A DNA stretch of 41,985 bases from Catajapyx aquilonaris (lineage: Eukaryota), in the NCBI GenBank assembly GCA_000934665.2, contig KZ539110.1:1-41985 (forward strand), written 5' to 3'. A model generated the notes under the pieces. It searched no databases and had not been told where the DNA came from. It saw nothing but the letters and a program-made list of their open reading frames with translations. This document shows positions 33,538 through 41,985 of this stretch, one piece after another (the stretch's first letter is position 1; each line of letters opens with the position of its first letter). The position numbers and the translations under genes were made by a program.

Positions 33538-34908
33538 TCTTTCCGATAAGAGCTTGATATTAACTCATTTTTTTCAGTAATTGACATCAGTGTTTGCACC
33601 CACCAAATTACAGCAGGGCAATCAATTCTGTCGATCCTATGATACATAGCCGGCTGTCTCCTCCCGGTCAATGACTGTCACAAATAAGAGCCTAATGACC
33701 TTTAGCCGGAATTAATACCCTTCCTGGCCCGGGGGTATATACACCAGGCCGCAAAGCTGACGGATAACATCGCCTACGTGACAAAAGCCAAAAGAGGTGG
33801 ATGTGCGCTAATTACAGTCCCCTTCTCCTGGCCCGCCCGGCCAGTGATTTATGATTCCTGGCTAAGATTTTCTCTTCCACCTCCCCCACCCCCACGTCGG
33901 AGTAGATATTGACCGTTGGCAACCAGAGAGGATTTGGGAAAGTGGGGTGTGTTGGGTGGTAAAAGGGGACAAAAGAAATGGGGCTTGGTCCAGGGCCAAG
34001 GTTGTGGGGGGAAGAGTGTCCTCCCCTGAGAGTAGAGATAGTGGTCAGCAAAGTATATGGCAATGGGAGGGATAATGAATCATCCCATTGAAGTTTCTGC
34101 TGGTTGGAGCTATGTCCTCCACATCCAGTCAACTCGAGAAGAACCCCTAAAAAAGTTGCAAAAAAAAATCCGAAGGCGCCCTTGCCGCCTCTTGAATACC
34201 AAAAAACCCAACCTCACTCAATCCACATTTCTTCCCCTCGGCTTCTTCTCCATTCACAAAGCAGATGCGCACCCTCCATTTTTCTCTCCGGAGGCAACAC
34301 AACCCACGTCCGGATTTAAATCATGATGAATCGCGGGCTGAACTTCGTGGCTGCCATGCCCAGCACATCCCCCCCCACCCAACCCATGGGAGAAAGAGAG
34401 AGAGAGAGAGAGAAAAAAAATTTGGGGGCGCCTGTTTGTTTCATCTCCTTGGATAAGCCTCGGGGTTGGACACTGTATGAATGCGCTGAATATTGCCACA
34501 ACAATATCATGAGCAAATATTTGGACAAAATTATTGCTCAACCATCAGTTGTTAGCTTAAATTGTTGGCAGTCATTATTATTTTGGGACACTAGCCTCAG
34601 GGATGCTTTCGGTTCAATCTAACAAGTGCCGGTTGCTTTGATTGATGGTAAATCTAGAGCGAAATCCATCTTATTCACTTAAGATTAATCACTTATACCG
34701 GATTTACAGTCGATCATGCAACCGGCCATAAATCAGCAGACATATCCGCTCTTAAAGTAATTGTTCTGAAACGCACTCATTAATAAAATGAGGTTTTAAT
34801 GCGGCCATTAAATAGGAACACACACACTGCATTTCCTCTTCACATTGGTCCGACTTGTCTCCAAGTGCAACATGTAATTTCAGACAGAATCTGCGCTGTA
34901 TTTATGAT

Positions 34909-35346
34909 TCACAAAAAGTATATTAATATGGAGAACACTAGGGCGTGGGCAATTTCCGCAAATATAAAGTTGTACGAAATGCCACCTATGAATGTAAAGG
35001 TGTAATAGGCCGATGTCCACCTTTCCGTCGCCATATTCTCGCAGTTCAGTCCACACGTGGTAGCACTCTCCGCAATTCGTCGTCCTCTAAAGACCTTCTC
35101 CAACAAAGTACAGAGTACCTGAACCACTGACATGAATAAGGCGGTCATGAGGTGGAAGGCCATCAGTAAGGTAGACAGACAGAAGAGCAGGGACAGGACG
35201 ACGAGGTACACCCACAGAAATCCGAACATTATACCAAGGACAATTTTTATCAGGAACAGGATTGGGTTGCTGCCCACCAAGTCTGTCTCCTCTCCCAAAA
35301 CGTGATTTCGAGCATGGCCCGCCCAGTCTTCCAGCTGATGTCCCAT
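34909..35346 (-). CDS. Unknown small multi-pass membrane protein, paralog 1 (145 aa)
   Basis: Intact single-exon ORF MGHQLED...VLGEETDLVGSNP...FSILIYFL*. A 5'UTR intron (donor 35421, acceptor 35357) is conserved in all three copies. Confidence 0.8.
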   Translation of the reverse strand: MGHQLEDWAGHARNHVLGEETDLVGSNPILFLIKIVLGIMFGFLWVYLVVLSLLFCLSTLLMAFHLMTALFMSVVQVLCTLLEKVFRGRRIAESATTCGLNCENMATERWTSAYYTFTFIGGISYNFIFAEIAHALVFSILIYFL

Positions 35347-35814
35347 ATTTTGCTACCTTGAAGCAAGGAATAAGTGTGACATAATAATGAGTAGTTCTAT
35401 AATTACAAACAAGTAACTCACCACGATGGAGTTAATAAACCTGCTGCGGATTTAGCCATACTGCTCTGTGACAAATCACATGAAGTCACAGCCAGATAAA
35501 TACAAACGTTACTATGGTAAGAACTAGATGTGTAACAATATTGGAATGAATAAGCAAATTTTTTTGACTAAAATCGGTGTCCTTACACAGACCCTGTAAG
35601 TCATTTTTTCAGTCAATCATACAACATGCCATAATGTCCACTTTGAAAGTAATTGTTCTGAAAGCACTAATTCATAAAATAAGGCTTTAGTGCTAGAAAA
35701 TTGGAAGGCAACTTTCAACCATTTCATTTTCAGATTACACATAATATTGTCTCCAAAATTATTGTGCACAAACATCAAGAATGAGTGCAATTGAATCTGC
35801 GCCGTCGTTATGAT

Positions 35815-36252
35815 TCACAAAAAATATATTAATATGGAAAAGGCTAGAGCGTGGACTAGTGCCGATAATACAAAGTAGTACAAAATGAAACACATGAATG
35901 CGAAGGTGTGACAGGCTGCTAGCCAGCAGAACATCACAGAACTCTCGCAGGAGTGTCCAAATGTGGTAGCATGGAGCGCAATGGGTTGTCCTCCAAAGGC
36001 CCTCTCCAGCAAGGTAGCTGATATCTGAAGCACTGAGGCGAATACAGCGGTGGTGATGTGGAAGGCCAATAGTATGCCACAGAGACAGAAGAGGATGGAC
36101 AGGATGAATAGCAACAACCACAGAGCTGAGAACATTATCCCGAGGACAATCTTGACCAGGAACAGCATTGGGTTGTAGCCCACCAAGTCTGTCTCATCGC
36201 CCAAAACGTTCTTTCGGGCTTGGGCCACCCTGTCATCCAGCGGATTACCCAT
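35815..36252 (-). CDS. Unknown small multi-pass membrane protein, paralog 2 (145 aa)
   Basis: MGNPLDD...VLGDETDLVGYNP...FSILIYFL*. The start is placed at 36252 by alignment with the paralogs and the 5'UTR intron (36338-36264). Confidence 0.8.
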   Translation of the reverse strand: MGNPLDDRVAQARKNVLGDETDLVGYNPMLFLVKIVLGIMFSALWLLLFILSILFCLCGILLAFHITTAVFASVLQISATLLERAFGGQPIALHATTFGHSCESSVMFCWLAACHTFAFMCFILYYFVLSALVHALAFSILIYFL

Positions 36253-36761
36253 CTTTTTTCTACCTTGAAACATGTAAGAAGTGTGACAGAATAATGAGTT
36301 GTTCTAATTACGTCTTGTAATAAGTAGGCGTAACTCACAATGATGGCGTCAATAAAAGTGTTGAGGATTTGGCTGGTGGGGACTGCTCCGCGACAAATTA
36401 CGTACACTTATGTCAGATCCAGGTAAATACAAACGTTACTATGGTAAGAACTACCCAGATGCGTAACAATATTATTGGAATGAACAAGCCAAAAAAAAGT
36501 GAATGAATTTGGTCAGTCCTTACACAGCCACTGTAAGTCATAATTTAATTACTTATTTCGGATTTGCAGTCGATCATGCAACCGGCCATAAGTCAGCACA
36601 TACGTATGTACGTTTTGACAGCTTAATTTTTCTGAATATGTACTCATTAATAAAATGAGTGCCAGTAGTTTCAGCCATTTCCTTCTCAGATTGCGCCGAT
36701 TGTCTGAGTGCAACATGTATATTATTTATGTTCTATTGAAACTGCGCTGTCCTTATATGAT

Positions 36762-37187
36762 TCACCAAAAGTATATTAATATGGAGAAGACTAGGGCGTC
36801 GACAACGGCCACTAATACAAAGTAGAACAAAAGGTTACACATGTAGCTGAAGGTTCCACAGGTTCCTGTCCAGCAGTCAATCGCCACTCTCTCGCATCTG
36901 GTAGCACGTTCCGCAATGAATTGTCCTCCAAAGGCCATCTCCAACAAGATAAAGAATATCTGAAGCACTGAGGCGAATAAGGCGCAGGCGATGTCGAAGG
37001 CCAGCAGTACGGCCAAGAGACAGAAGAGGGTGAACAGGATGATGAGGAACAACCACAGAAATCCGAACATTATCACAAGGGCAGCTTTGATCGGAAGAAG
37101 CATTGGGTTGTAGCCCACCAAGTCTGTCTCATCGCCCAAAACGTGCTTTCGGGCTTGGACCACCCAGACATCCAGCTGATTTCCCAT
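36762..37187 (-). CDS. Unknown small multi-pass membrane protein, paralog 3 (141 aa)
   Basis: MGNQLDV...VLGDETDLVGYNP...FSILIYFW*, with an in-frame 4-codon deletion in the loop. 5'UTR intron at 37260-37198. Confidence 0.8.
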   Translation of the reverse strand: MGNQLDVWVVQARKHVLGDETDLVGYNPMLLPIKAALVIMFGFLWLFLIILFTLFCLLAVLLAFDIACALFASVLQIFFILLEMAFGGQFIAERATRCERVAIDCWTGTCGTFSYMCNLLFYFVLVAVVDALVFSILIYFW

Positions 37188-38619
37188 ATTCTGCTACCTT
37201 CAATCATGCAAAAAGTATGACAGAATACTAAGTCGTTCTGCTTACAAATAAGTAACTCACCACAATGGAGTTAAAAACTGCTGAGGGTTTGGCCATATAG
37301 AGACTGCTCTGTGACAAGTCACAGCCAGGTAAATACAAACGTTACTATAGCAAGATGTGTAACAATATAGGAATGAAAAAAAGCATGCAGCCCCTGTAAG
37401 TCTTGCTGCGCGTTAAACATAAAAGGCATTTGGGTTGCTCTGAACAGTCAGGCTAAACTCGTATTGTTCTGCACCCATGTTGACAATACAAAAAAAAAGT
37501 CAATTTGTGGCATTGTCACAATCCCCACTTTGCCTCGGCATTGTTGGTAGTGCTCGTGGTCGGTCAAAAACCGCCCTCCAAGCATTATGTACGAGTAAAC
37601 AGGGCATAAGATCGGATTTTTATGGCGTGGTGGACCTGCGTGTTGGATGCCTGGGGCTAATCTGGGGGAAGCTGATTTGCGCCGAGGAATGCTGCGAGAG
37701 CCGGAGCGATAAACTGAGTATTGTGCCTCCAGGGGCGATTACCTCCCACCCCCCACGGTTTTGGGGGATGCTTGACAGAAGCTGGATTGGATAAGATGCG
37801 ATGGAATCCTATGTCGGATGGGATCCAGGGACACACACACACAAAAAAGTGGAGACGCCAAATGGCCAAGCGATGGTGATGAATGGCGCTGTCGCCTTCC
37901 GGACGCGCACCTTCCACACCCAGCCCTTATCTGCGATATTTCCGCTTCCCAAAAATTCCACTCTTCTTTTCTGGTGGGAGAAAACCCAACATGGCGTCCA
38001 TTCCAAGTCGAAGTCATTAATGGAAAAAAAACGAGTTGTAGAGGAAATGCTGTCGATTTGGAGACAAGACAAGGTTCATTTCCCGGATCGAGAAAGCGAC
38101 ACAAGTAAAATGAGGGCGTAGCATCCATCCGACCCTGCAATTTTCTAAGGATGGTTATTTTCTCCGGGCCTTCCCCGAATTAAGGAAAAAAAAAACAACA
38201 ACCGGGGACCCCATGGTGCAATTGCCGCCTTGGTTCCGCTTTTCTGGACATGGCTTTTTCGCAGGCCTGATACATTCGGCGCCAAATTGGACCCCGGCTG
38301 GATGTCCTTTGCCGTGGTCGTTCTTGTTCCGGTCCATCCGGGGGGCTGTGATTCCTGCCCATCTCTCATCCAGCCCCAGCAGCAAACAAGCTCAGGATCC
38401 TCCAAACCATGACGAAGTTTCCAGCGTAGCTACTCCCTCAGGCGCCCCTCCCACCAAACAATCCATTCCGGGGAACGAAGCCTCTCTTCCAGGCCTGTTT
38501 CTGGAGTCGGCTGGGCTGCTGCTCACTATATCCTCCGGCCATTACGCCCTTTATTTATCGCGCTCCCATACGCCACACCGCCGGCCTCAATCAATTCCGG
38601 GCCCTCTACTAACCGTCTC

Positions 38620-38874
38620 AAGATGGCGCGTTTCAAGCACGGCAAGATGGCCGAAATGGCGCGGAACTGACAAGATGGCGGTTGTACTGGGTAGGGCCCA
38701 CTCAGGCCGCAGTTTGTTCAAATGGAATCTGAATTGTGTTAATCTAATCACAGTTGGATCCTGGCCTACATTTTGCAAATCCGTGTAAAAACAATTTTTT
38801 AAAATTAATTTTGGTGTTTTTTTGTTTGAAGAACGACCGCCAAGTGCAGTAAGTGCACGGCTCTGCTGACGTCA
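38620..38874. promoter_or_regulatory. Cluster of YY1-like motifs plus a CRE site
   Basis: AAGATGGCG at 38620, AAGATGGCC at 38644, AAATGGCG at 38654, AAGATGGCGG at 38672 and TGACGTCA at 38867-38874. Confidence 0.35.
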
Positions 38875-41800
38875 CTGTGGTTAGGCAGGAGTGGGAATGC
38901 ACCCTTTAGGCCACGCCTCATTTTCCCTGCCAATTTGAGAGTGACTTTTAAACCAGCATTGATTCATCTAAGAATGTCATTTTGGTGCTGAAAAGTGGTG
39001 GAATGGTTGAGCTATTCGTGTACAAATTTCCCAAATCCCAGACCAAGGCATTGCAGGCCACTTTGCTATTATGCGTGCTGAAGTAGGAGTAAGCCTATCA
39101 ATTCTGTAATGGTAACGGCCCGATAGTATAAACAAAGGGCTGTCTTTTGGCTGGCTAGATTTCGAAGTCTCATTCCCAAGAACCCCTTTTCACCACTTCT
39201 CCCGACATCTCATTCAATAGACTCTCCAGATATCTCTGAATGGCCCATTGTCTAGTGCTTGCGATGCTAGCAATGATGACATTCTCGCTTGTTGTCTTCG
39301 CAGCAGCTATGGCGGATAGAGCCTTGAATCGGATATGAAGACTGTAATCGAGTTTAAACATTCGGTTCTTTCAACTTTTAGCTCAAACATTACATTGCAC
39401 TTGCTCGGTTTCAATTGATATGCTTACAGCTCGCCCACCTCCATAACGCGGCAGGAAATAAATCATGCCCTTCCTTCTCTGACAGCCAGATGTAGAGGAA
39501 AGTGGCAGAAACACAATATCAGGCCCAGGGGCATCATTTTGGACACTCTCACTTAAAGTGCTCCTATCATTTCCCCCTGCCTCCACCTCGGGCCCCAACC
39601 ATTTTCCACCGCAGTAAAAGGAGTCCTCGTCTCCAGATGCAAACGCTTTCATCTCCAGGTCATGTATTCGCAGAATCCCCCCCTTTTCTCTCCCAGAATC
39701 TTCGTGCCGGTCCGCCATGATGGCCCCCTCCAGCAGCAGCATCCATGGATCCGGAGACATATCCTCCGCCTTTCAGAATGACCCCTTAATGAATTTGGTG
39801 CATTAGCCTAATACGCTGCTTTATGGGGCCTCCCTCGACTCCGACAGGGATTGTCAAAACTACTCCCCGAGACACAAACACTTGCCACAGATCTCGACGG
39901 GGCTAAAGCTAATGGATTCCGGTATAATAATCACATCCGGGGGAAAACCCCATCCCACCCCCACCCCCGGTTATTACTCCGGAGGAAAAGCTGGATCATC
40001 TCACCGGATCACAAATTCAATCTAGCAAACTAATGAGGCGTAGTAAGAGAGGATAAGGAAGTCTAAATATAGTGAGGAGTAATTACAGGCACGTTTTCTT
40101 ATATACAGCGTTCTTGGAACATGACAAGAAATGTTTCAGACAGCAATATTTTTCAAGTAAAGCACATCCCTTGTATGCAATTTGCGTATTGTTCTGAGCT
40201 GGGGGGTTTTCTACTATATCCACCCATAGTATTTTTTTTTGGGGGGGGGGGGAGGCTCAAACTGCGTGTGTGCCCAGCGACCTGAATGTGTCTCCTCAAG
40301 TCTGCACTTGTGCCCAGTCTGCAATTTCGCATGGCTGGGCCTCCATTTGCCACAGTCTGCGGCTCCTCTCTGGATGCTGCAGCATTGCTTCTGGAGAGAG
40401 AATGCTCTCGCTCAACTCTCTCTCTCTCTCCTAAAACAAAAAAAACGCACTCGAGCCAGGTGAGATTGCGTTATTTTGGATTACGGTGCCCAGGCGAACA
40501 ATTTCATGCCAAGATGAAAGCCTCGTGTCAAAATTAGGAAATTCTACCCCCTGCTATTCCTACACACACACAAAAAAAAAACAGTGGGATTGATTATCAT
40601 TAGTTTCAATTAAGGACGGTTGTTAGGAATTTTTCAGTGCCAAGAAAATTATTTTCCTCGTCTGCAATTCGGAGCTATTTCATCCTGTCTTATGCACGGG
40701 GCCAATTACAACGGCTCCAGAAAAGAAGTTGGGGTTAAGGCAAATGCAAAAAAAAGCTGGCGATTGCTAATTAGGCTACATCACAGCCCGGGATTTTTTT
40801 TTTCTATAGAACTTTTCGAGAGGGAATATTTGGGATTAAGCAATTACCCGATTGTCGGCCAACATTGTTTTGCAAATGCTCTCGGAACATTAAACACTAA
40901 ACGGTGAATAAATTACACGAGCCGGGGGGGTTGGGAGGCTGGAACTTATTAAAGATTTTGAAGGCGGAGACTTCCCCCCGAATTTTGTCTCCGGGAAAGG
41001 GAAGACTTGATGGGAAAGACCACGCTTGCATGCGATTTGGATGCGTCAACTTCCCCCAAAACTTAGTTTGCCCGATTTCCTTTTGGAAGAAATTAATTCA
41101 CTTTCGCTTACGTCGCCTTAAAGTTTGACGGGTTTCAGACTGTTCCCTCTAGGATTCAACAAGAAACAAGTCCCAGGCAAGAAATGCTCAACTTGTAGCT
41201 CGTAATCCCCTCGAGAGGCAGGTCCGGAATTATGAATGGCACATTCTCCTCTCGTTTTTTTTATTTAAAAAAAATCTTCCTCCTCCTTCTTCTCTCCTCC
41301 CCCCTTTTCAAACTTGTTCCGTCTTCATGAAAAGGTCGCCAGCCCAGTGTCTCGCGAAACGCGACATCAATCACGTGGAAAACACAAATATGTTTTCGAA
41401 ACGGTCTCCTCCATTTCCTGCCCGCGTTCAAAATGAAAAAGCGAAACCTGAAAAATATTTACAGCTCGCCCACTTTTCTTGCATCTCGCCCNNCCCCACA
41501 TCGGTACAAATTTCACAACCATTACAAATTGGGCAGACGCACTATAATAAATAATTATACCTAAGAATATGAGAAGTATAGTTGCTGATTTCCTGTGTTG
41601 TCCCCCTTAACATCTAGCAGTTACTTTTCTAGTGTTACAGGTGATCCAATAATATGAACCTCTTTGTCAATTGCAGTGATTCGTCGTTACCTTGGCAACT
41701 TATTGAAACATTCCTTTGCCATTGCACTCCTATAGTAGCCAGCGATGATAACGGGACAGCGTGTAATAAATGTCCGCACTTCATCTCGCAAACATAGAAA

Positions 41801-41985
41801 CCTTTGTGCTTCATAAGTTACCACGGTAACGTTCAAATAACCACTGACATTCTGTCGAGGCAGTGTCCCTTTCATGTTGGACCACCCTGAGTAGTAGCCC
41901 ACGGCTTATTACGGAGCCTCATGGAAAAATTCCGCAGTGTCGCCACCGTCTATGCGAGTTTAACATGGGAAAGCGCCACTGCGGC

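Noticed and set aside
38213..38788. 191-aa plus-strand ORF
   Set aside because: No recognisable domain, splice structure or paralog support. Likely a chance ORF in GC-richer DNA.
39170..39760. Retroelement RNase H remnant (CDAS motif at about 39260 on the plus strand) and nearby ORFs
   Set aside because: Only a 4-residue match with stops on both sides and no RT or integrase motifs, so it is insufficient to call.

Overview
This is eukaryotic (invertebrate, probably arthropod-like) genomic DNA with short GT-AG introns, so most ORF-track entries are single exons or shadow ORFs. I spliced the gene models by hand. In order: (1) two tandem paralogs of an unrecognised secreted Ser/Thr-rich protein of about 425 aa (minus strand); (2) PCNP, with nested MITEs in intron 3; (3) a stand-alone U3 snoRNA gene divergent from PCNP; (4) RPS26; (5) an unannotated multi-exon, apparently non-coding minus-strand transcript; (6) an 8-exon DBHS-family gene (NONO/SFPQ/nonA/hrp65-like); (7) the 3' half of an SLC35F1/F2-like transporter; (8) three tandem paralogs of an unknown ~145-aa very hydrophobic membrane protein. 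The DBHS introns hold three copies of the same box C/D snoRNA with no target I could identify, a donor-site-like minisatellite, a V-domain tRNA-SINE and palindromic MITEs. The most novel-looking elements are the triplicated snoRNA in the DBHS gene, the triplicated membrane-protein cassette, the secreted-protein tandem family and the spliced non-coding transcript.
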